A stretch of DNA of 64,000 nt from an uncultured Bacteroidales bacterium. Its GTDB lineage: Bacteria; Bacteroidota; Bacteroidia; Bacteroidales; JAAYJT01. The DNA is taken from assembly GCA_964419945.1 (NCBI GenBank), contig CAYQRU010000002.1, positions 23,054 through 87,053 of the forward strand. Direction: 5' to 3'. The position numbers were made by a program, and so were the translations under genes. The notes below the pieces were generated by a model, which was not told where the DNA came from, made no database searches, and saw nothing but the letters and a program-made list of their open reading frames with translations. This document shows, one piece after another, positions 1 to 9,925 of this stretch. How positions within the stretch are numbered: the stretch's first letter is position 1; every line of letters begins with the position of its first letter.

Positions 1-2124
1 AGGATTTTCCACATCGTTACTGAAGATGTTGACATTGGCAGCATAAACATCGGAAGTGAGGCCGGTGGCATCAAAAGTAACGGCTATGGTTTCGGAAAAG
101 CCTGGAGGGATGCTGCCGGAAGTAGAAGTACTAAATAACCAACTATCGCTAAAAAACAGATCATCAATAACTAAAGTAGTCCCGGTAAAAGAAACAACAA
201 CTTTTTTTATCCCTGGTACACTTGCTGATAATGGTCGCAAAGTGCTGCTGCCAAAAATTGAACTTGTGGTTAAAAGATTATCATCGATGCCGAATGTTTC
301 CATAATTATTTCTCCGGCATTGGCATGGCCGGCAAAGAACTCAACATAAGAAACAGGGTTTGTAAAAAGAATTGTTTGTGGACCTTGAGGAATACTACCA
401 TTTCCGTAAGGTGCATTTATATTGAAGGCTAAAAAATTTGGAGAACTATAGCCAACAACTCCAAAATTACCACATTCATTTATAACAGCGCCCCCATTAT
501 TTCCATCACCAACAAAAGCTACCCCTGATGATAAATATTCATTTGTAACAGCAAAAGTTTGAGCAAAATTGCAAGGTGCTGATAAATCATCAAAATCTAT
601 TAATGTTCCATTAAGTTTGTGATTAGTGATTGTTCTGTTTAATAACGTGTTATTATGTGATGGGGTCTCGTATTCCTTTAATGAGCCACCGATCCATACT
701 CCATCTTTTATATTATTTCCTTCGGCCTGAATAATATAGTCATCAGGTTTCAATTCTTTCTTACCTCTAATACCTTTTGCCAATGATTGGATAGTAAGAC
801 TCCAGTTCAAATTAACACCCCCGTCATTACTTATCGTCAAAGTTTTAGTACTTGTTTCTCCGGCCATGAGGTTCTCTTCAAGATAGTCAGGAGTAACTGA
901 GATAACAGGCGGCTCGAATACCTGCAATGTAACTGGTACTGTGATCAAACTATTATCCGGATCATTGCTGAAAATATCAATTTCAGCATAATAAGTTCCA
1001 GGGTTAAGATTGGATGCATCAAACCAGGCTTCAACAAAATAATCCCAACCTACCGGAATTTCAAGGTAATAGTCTGAAAGGGTGATCCATTCAGACCTGT
1101 CTTTCTCCGGTTTCTTACCTCTCTTTTGTTGTATGGCAATCTTAGAGTCCTTTGATATAACCTCTCCTTTTTCATTCTCAGGAGTAAAATCAATTAGGAT
1201 ATCGGCGAGCAAGGTATCACTTCCAAAATTAAAAACCGCCAAGCCGCCCCAGGCAGAACCTCCGATCGGGAGTGTATGGTTTAGATTCCACGGAAGTACA
1301 TAAATCATTGGCGCAACAGTAGTTACATTTTGGATATTCCTGAAGTCATCAGGGTTATCAGTGTCATGTAGAATCTTCTGTATCATAGAAGGATCGTTCT
1401 CCGGCTTGTGGGCTTTTCTCTTATCATATTCTATGAGATAATGATTACGGCTTACCGGATCACTGATAATCTGATAATACTCATTCAATTCAGGAATACT
1501 AACATGGGCAATGGTTCTTTCATCAGTCGTTGTGATCATAAACCAGGAATTATCGAAATTTGCAATTTGACCGGAGATTGTTACGGTTCCGTCAATATTA
1601 ACATGCATATTCAAGATTTTGCCTCGATGATGTGTGTCGCAAAAAAAATCCATTATTAAGAAATCACCTTCCTTAACCGATGTACTGCTGTACAGTCTGC
1701 TGTTAACCGTAATTTGTGAGTAACGTTTTACAGCTTGTTTCTGGTTGTAAAAATGCAAATTGCTTTCAATAGTATATTTTATGCTGCTTTGTTCGATAAA
1801 CAAATTAATATCATCACTTTGGTTTACCTCTTTATTTTGCTTTGTACTTTCAGAATCAAATATCTTTTTACCGGCACAATCTTTCTCATCACCATATACT
1901 TGTTGGTCAATAAGATAAGTTTTTGATAAAGAATTTAATGAAACGAGCTTTTCTGAAGGAGATGTTTGAAAAGTAAATTCTACCGTAGCATTTGCTCCAA
2001 CTTCAGAAGCTGGAAAGAAAATAGCTGTTTTAGTGTCGAATTGTTCAACATTTACATTTTGTGCATTTGCTGCCAATAAAAGCGCAGTGCTTGCCAGCAT
2101 GATTGAGTAAATTGCTTTTTTCAT
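1..2124 (-). CDS. Large secreted multidomain protein, C-terminus truncated by the window edge. The N-terminal signal peptide is MKKAIYSIMLASTALLLAANAQ. It has beta-sandwich-like segments such as LTISNDGGVNLNWSL and is a possible cell-surface or T9SS substrate.
   Basis: An uninterrupted reading frame of 708 codons runs from the ATG at 2124-2122 to position 1 on the minus strand. The ORF track omits it because its stop lies outside the window. Basis is the signal peptide and a composition typical of Bacteroidota surface proteins. No specific family could be assigned by eye. Confidence 0.6.
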   Translation of the reverse strand, partial: MKKAIYSIMLASTALLLAANAQNVNVEQFDTKTAIFFPASEVGANATVEFTFQTSPSEKLVSLNSLSKTYLIDQQVYGDEKDCAGKKIFDSESTKQNKEVNQSDDINLFIEQSSIKYTIESNLHFYNQKQAVKRYSQITVNSRLYSSTSVKEGDFLIMDFFCDTHHRGKILNMHVNIDGTVTISGQIANFDNSWFMITTTDERTIAHVSIPELNEYYQIISDPVSRNHYLIEYDKRKAHKPENDPSMIQKILHDTDNPDDFRNIQNVTTVAPMIYVLPWNLNHTLPIGGSAWGGLAVFNFGSDTLLADILIDFTPENEKGEVISKDSKIAIQQKRGKKPEKDRSEWITLSDYYLEIPVGWDYFVEAWFDASNLNPGTYYAEIDIFSNDPDNSLITVPVTLQVFEPPVISVTPDYLEENLMAGETSTKTLTISNDGGVNLNWSLTIQSLAKGIRGKKELKPDDYIIQAEGNNIKDGVWIGGSLKEYETPSHNNTLLNRTITNHKLNGTLIDFDDLSAPCNFAQTFAVTNEYLSSGVAFVGDGNNGGAVINECGNFGVVGYSSPNFLAFNINAPYGNGSIPQGPQTILFTNPVSYVEFFAGHANAGEIIMETFGIDDNLLTTSSIFGSSTLRPLSASVPGIKKVVVSFTGTTLVIDDLFFSDSWLFSTSTSGSIPPGFSETIAVTFDATGLTSDVYAANVNIFSNDVENP

Positions 2125-2795
2125 AATGATTTGATTTTTGATAAAATAGCATGCCTGTAAATAATTATTGGGTGAATATTATAAATGAGGCAAAGTTAAT
2201 ACAATATAAAGGTGATACTTCTCTTAAAAGAATATTTAAACGCGACCATATAAACGCTGTACGCAACTTAGAAAAATAAACCGAGCTTACTGATAAACAG
2301 CGTTTTGCGAGAATCAGTTTTGCAGTTGAGGTAACATAAATTTTTTTCTGTGCCAGTACGACTCTTTTAATTTCAGGGCTTGATAGATATGCAGGGCACC
2401 TGCCGTTGGTCGCGAACAGGTTCTGATGCATATCTTCTGCTACGTTTTATCCAGCATTGTTAAAGTTACCAGTTTTTGCGGGTTCATTATCCTTGCAATA
2501 TTTTGCCAGTCGTGATTGATTTTCTTTGCCTTTATTTGGTAATGCACAGTTTACACTATTGCACCGGCCAACACTCCCGGAAAAATGTGGGCATCTGGGT
2601 TTTCATCACTTTGATGATACACCAGCCTTAGGCTTGGATCGGTTTTTGAAATCAGAAAACCGGACTCAATTTCCCTGAGTGTGTTGTAAGTATTCCAGAT
2701 ATGATTTTCCAATGATGGCAGAAGGAGATTGATTACATGCTGTGATCAATAAACAAAAAAGCCCCCCGGTAGAAACCAGGAAGGCTTTACATCTG

Positions 2796-2879
2796 TACCC
2801 GAGGCGGGAGTTGAACCCGCACGGCCGTGAGGCCAAAGGATTTTAAGTCCTTCGTGTCTACCATTTCCACCACCCGGGC
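2796..2879 (-). tRNA. tRNA-Leu (anticodon TAA)
   Basis: Cloverleaf read by hand. The 7-bp acceptor stem is GCCCGGG/CTCGGGT. The anticodon stem is AAGGA/TCCTT with loop CTTAAAA, giving anticodon TAA. There is a long variable arm and a T-arm CGGGTTCAACTCCCG. CCA is not encoded. Confidence 0.85.
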
Positions 2880-2977
2880 TTAGAGAACATCGTTTTGATG
2901 GCGCAAAAATACAATGCTTTAAACAAATATTCAAATATTTTTATCTGAACAAAAAATCCCGGCGATACCGGGACATG

Positions 2978-3050
<73 letters not shown>

Positions 3051-3252
3051 GTTTAAATGAGCATTCTGCTTTGGGGCTGCAAATATACAACGTTTTTTAT
3101 TCTGACAAAAGATCAAAAAATTTTTTTCATCTGGTTCAATCTTTCCCTCTCCTTGCTGGTTTTAACACATTTCTTTTTGTTTTCATTCGTTCTGGCTCAT
3201 GAAATCCCTGACCAACCGGGAATTTTGTAATTTAGCCGCCTGTTAATTCTTC

Positions 3253-3885
3253 ATGCTCATGAACAATAACCTGGATGCTGATATTCAGACACTTTGCGTA
3301 TTTTGTGGTTCCAGTACCGGCAGGGGCGAAATATACGCTTCTCATGCCCGTTTACTAGGAAAAGCTATTATTGAACATGGTTGCAACCTTGTGTACGGAG
3401 GTAGCAATATCGGTCTGATGAGGATTCTTGCTGATACAGTAATCACCGGGGGTGGAAAAGTAACCGGAGTGATGCCCAATGGTCTGGCTGTTAAAGAGAT
3501 CGCGCATAAAGGCATCCATCGTTTGCACCTGGTTGACACCATGCATGAGCGTAAAGCCATGATGGCTTCCATGTCGGATGCGTTTATCGCAATGCCGGGG
3601 GGATTAGGAACACTGGACGAAATTTTTGAAATTCTTTCCTGGAATCAACTCGATATCATTTCGAAGCCGGCAGCACTTTACAATGTGGATGGCTATTATA
3701 ATGATCTGTTAAAATTCCTCGACCACAGTGTTCATGAGCATTTTGTACGATCTGAACACCGTGCCAACCTGCTGGTGGATGATAATGCCGGAAGGCTCAT
3801 CAGACGGATCAGGGATTTTATACCGCAAAAACCACCCAGCAAATGGGTAGATGATCTGAAAACTGCTACCGGAAAACATCTTTAG
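3253..3885 (+). CDS. LOG-family protein (cytokinin riboside 5'-monophosphate phosphoribohydrolase / TIGR00730 Rossmann-fold nucleotide-binding protein)
   Basis: Carries the LOG-family signature motifs GGxxGLMG and PGGxGTxxE (MPGGLGTLDEIFE). Length is about 210 aa. Confidence 0.85.
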   Translation: MLMNNNLDADIQTLCVFCGSSTGRGEIYASHARLLGKAIIEHGCNLVYGGSNIGLMRILADTVITGGGKVTGVMPNGLAVKEIAHKGIHRLHLVDTMHERKAMMASMSDAFIAMPGGLGTLDEIFEILSWNQLDIISKPAALYNVDGYYNDLLKFLDHSVHEHFVRSEHRANLLVDDNAGRLIRRIRDFIPQKPPSKWVDDLKTATGKHL

Positions 3886-3888
3886 TAT

Positions 3889-4446
3889 ATGCTCGTCATT
3901 GGAATCACAGGGACACTTGGAGCCGGGAAAGGCACAATCGTTGACTATCTTGCTATAAACAAAGGATTTTCCCATTATTCAGTACGAGCTTATTTGGTTG
4001 AAGAAATTCAAAAAAGGGGACTTCCTGTAAACCGCGACAGCATGGTGGTGGTAGCCAACAACCTTCGCAGGCAGCATTCCCCGTCGTTTATCATTGATGA
4101 ATTATATAAACGCGCCCTGGATTCGCAAAACAATTGTATCATCGAAAGTATAAGAACCCCGGGTGAGATTGAGTCATTGCGGCAAAAAGGAAATTTTTAC
4201 CTTCTTGCTGTGGATGCTGATCCGGAAATACGGTATCAGCGTATAGTCACGCGGCAATCGGAAACCGATAAAATTGATTATCAAACCTTTCTGGAAAATG
4301 AAACGCGGGAAATGGACACCAATGATCCCAATAAGCAAAATCTGCGCAAATGTATTGAAAAGGCTGACTTCGTTTTTAACAATAATGGCTGCATCGAAAA
4401 ACTGTATATGCAGTTGGAAGAAGTGCTAAAGAAAATCATGGCGTAA
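3889..4446 (+). CDS. P-loop nucleotide/nucleoside kinase-like protein (Walker A motif GTLGAGKGT)
   Basis: An N-terminal Walker A motif, GITGTLGAGKGT, resembles NMP or dephospho-CoA kinases. It starts 4 nt after the LOG stop, so the two are likely co-transcribed. Exact substrate is unknown. Confidence 0.6.
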   Translation: MLVIGITGTLGAGKGTIVDYLAINKGFSHYSVRAYLVEEIQKRGLPVNRDSMVVVANNLRRQHSPSFIIDELYKRALDSQNNCIIESIRTPGEIESLRQKGNFYLLAVDADPEIRYQRIVTRQSETDKIDYQTFLENETREMDTNDPNKQNLRKCIEKADFVFNNNGCIEKLYMQLEEVLKKIMA

Positions 4447-4540
4447 ACATTTTCGACGAACAGGGAAAAGAACAGAAAAATATAATATTCGCTGACAGAA
4501 AAATTGCATCCTTCCGGTTATTCATATAATCAACGCTAAT

Positions 4541-5032
4541 ATGGCCTCAGAAAAATACATCCGTCCTACCTGGGATGAATACTTCATGGAAGTAGCCAAT
4601 ACCATCGCAAAACGCGCTACCTGCGACCGGGGACGCAGTGGTTGCGTAATTGCACGCAATCGCCAGATTCTTGTTACAGGTTATGTAGGTTCACCCATCG
4701 GCCTTCCACATTGCGATGAAGAAGGCCATCTTTTTAAAAGTATCACACATGAAGACGGGAAAATCACTCAACACTGTGTGCGCACAGTACATGCCGAGCA
4801 AAACGCCATTTGCCAGGCAGCTAAACTTGGCATCGCCCTGGAGGGGGCAACTCTTTATTGCCGCATGACACCTTGCCGAACCTGTGCCATGCTGATCATT
4901 AATTGTGGGATAAAACGAGTGGTTTGTGAATTTCGTTATCATACATCCTCTGAATCAGAAGAGATGTTTGCCACGGCTGGAATTCATCTGGATTATGTAA
5001 ACAATGAAGTACTGCTATACGACAGACAATAA
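4541..5032 (+). CDS. dCMP deaminase (ComEB-like cytidine/deoxycytidylate deaminase zinc-binding family)
   Basis: Shows the HAEQNAI zinc-ligand motif and the PCxxCA motif (TPCRTCAMLI). About 160 aa. Confidence 0.85.
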   Translation: MASEKYIRPTWDEYFMEVANTIAKRATCDRGRSGCVIARNRQILVTGYVGSPIGLPHCDEEGHLFKSITHEDGKITQHCVRTVHAEQNAICQAAKLGIALEGATLYCRMTPCRTCAMLIINCGIKRVVCEFRYHTSSESEEMFATAGIHLDYVNNEVLLYDRQ

Positions 5033-5036
5033 CGGT

Positions 5037-5804
5037 TTAGCTCAAAGCAGCAGCAAGCATGACAAATTCATCCACCCCCAATTGCTCTGCCCGTTTATCA
5101 GCAAAGGGAATTATTACATTTTTCTTTTCTTTAAGCATTACCAGCAATGCATTGCGTAGCGTCTTACGACGTTGATTAAAGGCGGTTTTTACCACAAGGG
5201 TGAATAATTTCTCATCGCAATTCAAGGTGTTCCTTTTATTTCTTACGAGCCGGATCACTGCTGATTTCACCCTTGGAGGCGGATTGAAAACACTTTCGTT
5301 GACGGTGAAAAGGTATTCAATTTCGTACCAGGCCTGAAGCAGCACGCTGAGAATTCCGTAAATTTTGTTTCCGGGCCTTGCAGCTAACCGCATGGCAACT
5401 TCTTTTTGAACCATACATAACACCTCAGGAACCAAATCATGATGGGCAAGGATTTTGAAAAAAATCTGACTTGAAATATTGTATGGGAAGTTACCAGTTA
5501 TTGCAAAAGGTTCTCCCAAAAAAACATCAGGCAGGCTGATCTTAAGAAAATCTGCTTCAATCAGCCGGTTGCGTATGGAAGGATAATTGTCTGAAAGGTA
5601 AATAATTGATTCTCTGTCAACTTCTATGGCTTTGATCTGCCTGTCTTTGTTTTCAAGCAGAAATTGTGTGAGCATGCCTGTTCCCGGTCCGATTTCAAGA
5701 ACGTTCATCGTTCGATCCGTTAGACTGGATGCAATTTTCCGGGCGATATTGGGGTCATGAAGGAAATGTTGTCCTAAATGTTTTTTTGGTCTGACAGGAA
5801 ACAC
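5037..5804 (-). CDS. rsmA: 16S rRNA (adenine1518-N6/adenine1519-N6)-dimethyltransferase
   Basis: N-terminus KKHLGQHFLHDPNIARKI and SAM-binding motif EIGPGTGMLT are characteristic of KsgA/RsmA. Confidence 0.9.
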   Translation of the reverse strand: MFPVRPKKHLGQHFLHDPNIARKIASSLTDRTMNVLEIGPGTGMLTQFLLENKDRQIKAIEVDRESIIYLSDNYPSIRNRLIEADFLKISLPDVFLGEPFAITGNFPYNISSQIFFKILAHHDLVPEVLCMVQKEVAMRLAARPGNKIYGILSVLLQAWYEIEYLFTVNESVFNPPPRVKSAVIRLVRNKRNTLNCDEKLFTLVVKTAFNQRRKTLRNALLVMLKEKKNVIIPFADKRAEQLGVDEFVMLAAALS

Positions 5805-5935
5805 TATTATAGAAAATTAATCTGTTAAAACGGGATAGATTATCCGGGTGAGATCAAATAAATAAATGTACTATTAAACAAAAATTATTCTCTGATTATA
5901 ATATGTGGCAGATCATTCCGAATTCATACCAAAAC

Positions 5936-7774
5936 TTAAATAACATCTCCTCTCAATGCACGGAAACGCAGACGTGCGGGATCAGCATGAAGACTGGCCG
6001 GATAGTTCAACATTAACTCCTTGTAGTATTCCATAGCTTTTTCACGGTCCCCAATGTAAACTTCATAGACTTCAGCCAGCCTGTAAAGAGCCTTGTCGGC
6101 TAACAATTCATTCGGGTATTTATCAACAATTTCTTTCAAAAATGAGGCTGCATTTAAAAATTCATTGCGGCGTATGCTTATTTCGGCTCTACGAAAAAGC
6201 ACATCGTCGTGGATCATGTGATAAGGAAAACTGACCGAAAGTGAATCCAGAACCTGGAGGGCAAGGTCATCACGGTTACGATAGCTGTGCAACTCGGCAC
6301 GTGCAAAATATGCCAGCGCTTCGTAAGTACTGTCTGGCTCCATATTATCCTTGATCAGCAGAGAAAGAGCCATGGCATCGTTGGCAATAAGTTTTGATGT
6401 GGCTGCTTTCAGTACGTTTAACTGTGCCCTGGCCCATTCGAATTCACCAATATAGAATGAAAGCTTGGCATTCCTGAACTTTGCTTCGTGTCCTATTGGT
6501 TCGTTCGGAAATTCTTTTTCAACCTGGGAATAAAGCAGGGTGGCTTCCCATACTTCACCGGCATACAGTAAAACGTCAGCCAGATCAAGTTTACATTCAG
6601 CCTGATTTTCTTTTCCTATGCCCGGAATAGTAAGTGCTTCATTGAGAAGGCCGCTTGCTTTTCCAGTATCGTAAAACATAAATGCATACAGCTTTGCCAG
6701 ATCGCGTATCAATGCAATGGTGAAACGGTTCTTTCCAAGTTCAGCCAGTGTTTCGTTATATCTTTTTTCAAGCAGTAATAAAAATTCCTGGTTGATGGGA
6801 TGGTTTGAGGTCAGACGTTTCAACTCAGCCTTCAGAATTTCGATTCTTGCATTCAGATAAAACTGGCCTTCTGGTCCTTTCGTTATCAAATATTCATAAG
6901 CTTTGATAGCCACCTCATAATTTTTATTCACCATGCTGAGTTGGGCAATTGAAAAAATCCTGCCACCATTTTCATTCAATCTTCTGTCGAGAGCAACGGC
7001 TTGTGCATAAGCTGATTCAAAATCCGATTGTTGGATGGATAACCACAACATAAGTTCAGAATACACGGTTGCATCAGGATATTGCCTGATGTTTCTGAGC
7101 AGGGAGGAGCGTAAGAACTGTGTTCGTTTTCCTTCATTGTCAATAAATATGGCATTTTGAAAGCGGGTTTGTATTTGCTGCAAATTGGTAATATCTGTTC
7201 GCACCAGGTTGAGAAACTCATTTATCATGTTTTCAAAATCTCCTGTACGGTCGTAAAGATTCCCCAGTTCCATCTGGAAGATATTATTGTCAGCCAGCAA
7301 TTCCCGGCCACGCTGATAGGTTTTGATGGCGTAATCGTTTTCGCGCCGTGCTATGAAAGCATTGGCAATATCATTGATCATGCGCCTGTCCGAAGGAAGT
7401 GTTTTGAGAATGTCGTCGTATTGTTTTTTCCCTTTCATCACATCACCACTACCCAAAAGCACATAACCCAGGTCTACTTCGTAGCGCTTACTTTCTTTAC
7501 TCACTTTGATCTGGCGACGCACCAGTTTTTCTGCTTTTTTGAAATCACCAAGTTCGATAAGGCAATGGAAATAATAGTGATAATTGAAACTTGACTGGCT
7601 GGCATCATAAAGTTTTTCAAAGATAGGCATGGCCCTTTCATAATCCATTTTCCGGAAATACTCAAGCGCAAGGTCCCGCTCTGCATTTTGCTGCTGTGCT
7701 CTAACATGAAATCTGCCACAAGCGAGGAAGAATAATACAAAAAGGAAAATATAGCGAAACATCTTTGGATTCAT
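5936..7774 (-). CDS. Tetratricopeptide-repeat protein with N-terminal signal peptide
   Basis: The signal peptide is MNPKMFRYIFLFVLFFLACG. Multiple TPR-like Ala/Tyr/Leu-rich 34-residue repeats occur throughout (AxxYxxLG patterns). Confidence 0.7.
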   Translation of the reverse strand: MNPKMFRYIFLFVLFFLACGRFHVRAQQQNAERDLALEYFRKMDYERAMPIFEKLYDASQSSFNYHYYFHCLIELGDFKKAEKLVRRQIKVSKESKRYEVDLGYVLLGSGDVMKGKKQYDDILKTLPSDRRMINDIANAFIARRENDYAIKTYQRGRELLADNNIFQMELGNLYDRTGDFENMINEFLNLVRTDITNLQQIQTRFQNAIFIDNEGKRTQFLRSSLLRNIRQYPDATVYSELMLWLSIQQSDFESAYAQAVALDRRLNENGGRIFSIAQLSMVNKNYEVAIKAYEYLITKGPEGQFYLNARIEILKAELKRLTSNHPINQEFLLLLEKRYNETLAELGKNRFTIALIRDLAKLYAFMFYDTGKASGLLNEALTIPGIGKENQAECKLDLADVLLYAGEVWEATLLYSQVEKEFPNEPIGHEAKFRNAKLSFYIGEFEWARAQLNVLKAATSKLIANDAMALSLLIKDNMEPDSTYEALAYFARAELHSYRNRDDLALQVLDSLSVSFPYHMIHDDVLFRRAEISIRRNEFLNAASFLKEIVDKYPNELLADKALYRLAEVYEVYIGDREKAMEYYKELMLNYPASLHADPARLRFRALRGDVI

Positions 7775-7876
7775 AGATCAGTTTTTCGGGCTTCTGAATG
7801 GTATATGTCAGCAAGTATGATCAACAATTTCTGAAAATTCCCTACAGGAATAAATCACATTAGCATCTTCTGCCAT

Positions 7877-9148
7877 TCAGTCAATCACACTGAAGCAGGT
7901 ATATGGTTGTAATGCCTTTGGTATTTTGATCCCTTTTTCAGACTGATTGTTTTCAAGCAACGCTGCCACTATACGAGGTAACGCCAGCGCACTTCCGTTT
8001 AGTGTATGAACAAGCCTTGAGCGACCTTGTTCATCTTTAAAGCGAAGTTTCATTCGGTTCGACTGAAAAGTTTCGAAATTTGATACCGAACTTACCTCAA
8101 GCCAGCGTTGTTGTGCAGCCGAATAAACCTCCATATCATAGGTAAGGGCAGAGGTAAAACTCATATCGCCACCGCAAAGTTTTACAACCCTGAACGGCAA
8201 TTCCAGTTCACGCAGGAGCATGGTGACGTGGTACAGCATTTCTTCGAGTGCTTCATATGATTTTTCAGGATGCTGGATCTGGACGATTTCAACCTTATCA
8301 AACTGATGCAGGCGGTTCAGACCACGTACATCTTTCCCGTACGATCCGGCTTCACGGCGGAAACAGTTTGAATAGGCTACATTTTTAATCGGCAGATCGC
8401 TTTCCTTTAGAATCATATCGCGGTAAAAGTTGGTAACCGGAACTTCAGCAGTCGGGATCAGGTAAAGCTTGTCTTCGTTCACGAAATACATCTGCCCGTC
8501 CTTATCGGGCAACTGGCCGGTCCCGTAACCGGAAGCTTCATTTACAAGCAGGGGAGGCTGGTATTCCAGGTAACCTGCCGCAATTGCCTTGTCGAGAAAA
8601 AAGTTGATCAGGGCACGTTGCAAACGGGCACCTTTACCACGATATACCGGAAAACCTGCTCCTGTAATCTTATTACCAAGTTCGAAATCAACGATTTCGT
8701 ATTTTTTACACAGATCCCAATGCGGTACGGCGTTGGCTTCCAACACCGGAAATTCACCTTCCTGGTGTACCACTTCGTTTTCCTCGGGAGTTTTTCCTGG
8801 CTTTACCGAAACATGTGGAAGGTTGGGAAGCTGTACAAGCAACTGCTGTAATTCATTTTCCGCATCATTGAGCTGGCTGTCCATTGTTTTGGCCAACAAT
8901 TTCAAATGAATGGTTCTTTCTTTCAGAGCATTGGCTTCAACCTTTTTGCCAGATTGAAACAAAATACCAATTTCTTTTGAAATCTGGTTCATTTCGGCCA
9001 GGGCCTGATCCAAACGGTTTTTTGCTTCCCGGCGGGTTTTATCAATCTGGATGATCTGGCTGAGGATAGCACTGGCGTTGAAATTCTTTACAGCCAGACG
9101 TTCGGACACGAATCCGGGATTTTCCCTGATAACATTGAGTTCTAACAT
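7877..9148 (-). CDS. serS: Serine--tRNA ligase
   Basis: An N-terminal coiled-coil arm is followed by the class II catalytic core. Motifs such as FRREAGSYGKDVRGLNRLHQFDKVE are typical of SerRS. Length is 423 aa. Confidence 0.92.
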   Translation of the reverse strand: MLELNVIRENPGFVSERLAVKNFNASAILSQIIQIDKTRREAKNRLDQALAEMNQISKEIGILFQSGKKVEANALKERTIHLKLLAKTMDSQLNDAENELQQLLVQLPNLPHVSVKPGKTPEENEVVHQEGEFPVLEANAVPHWDLCKKYEIVDFELGNKITGAGFPVYRGKGARLQRALINFFLDKAIAAGYLEYQPPLLVNEASGYGTGQLPDKDGQMYFVNEDKLYLIPTAEVPVTNFYRDMILKESDLPIKNVAYSNCFRREAGSYGKDVRGLNRLHQFDKVEIVQIQHPEKSYEALEEMLYHVTMLLRELELPFRVVKLCGGDMSFTSALTYDMEVYSAAQQRWLEVSSVSNFETFQSNRMKLRFKDEQGRSRLVHTLNGSALALPRIVAALLENNQSEKGIKIPKALQPYTCFSVID

Positions 9149-9178
9149 AAAAAAGACTTAAAAGGCTGCAAAATTAGA

Positions 9179-9208
9179 TAAAAAAGCCCGGCTTGAAACA
9201 AACCGGGC
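9179..9208 (-). terminator. Rho-independent terminator downstream of rplU-rpmA (GC hairpin GCCCGG(11 nt)CCGGGC followed by a T-run on the minus strand)
   Basis: The reverse-complement reads GCCCGGTTTGTTTCAAGCCGGGC followed by TTTTTTA. It sits between rpmA and serS. Confidence 0.6.
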
Positions 9209-9247
9209 ATGGTATTTTATATTGGAAAAAAATTAAAGAAATCCCTG

Positions 9248-9511
9248 TTATTCCTGGGTTTCTGGGAAAACCGACACGTAGGATTTATTATTTCTCCTTT
9301 TCTTGAATTCTACTTTTCCATCAGCCAGTGCAAATAAGGTATGATCTTTTCCCATGCCAACATTGATGCCTGGAGAGTGCACAGTACCACGTTGACGAAC
9401 GATGATGTTACCGGCCTGGGCAAACTGACCGCCAAAAATTTTTACGCCTAGGCGTTTGCTGTGTGATTCGCGTCCATTGCTTGAACTACCCGCGCCTTTT
9501 TTATGAGCCAT
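9248..9511 (-). CDS. rpmA: 50S ribosomal protein L27
   Basis: [24 protein letters not shown] is a near-universal L27 N-terminus. Confidence 0.95.
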   Translation of the reverse strand: MAHKKGAGSSSNGRESHSKRLGVKIFGGQFAQAGNIIVRQRGTVHSPGINVGMGKDHTLFALADGKVEFKKRRNNKSYVSVFPETQE

Positions 9512-9558
9512 AATACCAGATTATTAATTCCTTGCGGAAGATTATACTTGAGTTTATA

Positions 9559-9870
9559 TTAGGAAACAATATCTTCAATTTCAATTTGACTCAGGTATTG
9601 CCTGTGTCCGTTGAGTTTTTGATATCCTTTTCTTCGTTTTTTCTTGAACACCAATACCTTGTCCCCTTTTAGATGCTCAAGAATTTTGGCTGAAACAACA
9701 GCGCCATCTATCATGGGAGTGCCGACGGCAATCTGCCCTTCGTTCTCGACCAACATTACGTTATTGAATTCAACCTTTTCACCTGCTTTGCCTTCGATTC
9801 GGTGAACAAACAATTTTTGTCCTTTTTCTACTTTGAACTGTTGTCCAGCTATATCAACAATTGCGATCAT
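9559..9870 (-). CDS. rplU: 50S ribosomal protein L21
   Basis: MIAIVDIAGQQFKVEKGQ matches the L21 N-terminus. The start was moved to the internal ATG at 9870. The track ORF begins further upstream at 9936 with non-conserved residues. Confidence 0.9.
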   Translation of the reverse strand: MIAIVDIAGQQFKVEKGQKLFVHRIEGKAGEKVEFNNVMLVENEGQIAVGTPMIDGAVVSAKILEHLKGDKVLVFKKKRRKGYQKLNGHRQYLSQIEIEDIVS

Positions 9871-9925
9871 TATTACCTTGCTTTTTAAGTTGTTGCAAAT
9901 TGGGGTGCAAAAGTAGATAAAAAAA

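Noticed and set aside
2551-2745. Minus-strand 64-codon open frame without an ATG (SQHVINLLLPSLENHIWNTYNTLREIESGFLISKTDPSLRLVYHQSDENPDAHIFPGVLAGAIV) in the 670-bp gap between the big secreted-protein gene and tRNA-Leu. It could be a gene remnant; the ...REIESGF... segment vaguely recalls the acyl-CoA-binding end of GNAT acetyltransferases.
   Set aside because: There is no start codon, and it is bounded upstream by a stop and the tRNA. The similarity is too weak to call. It is best treated as a possible pseudogene fragment or non-coding spacer.
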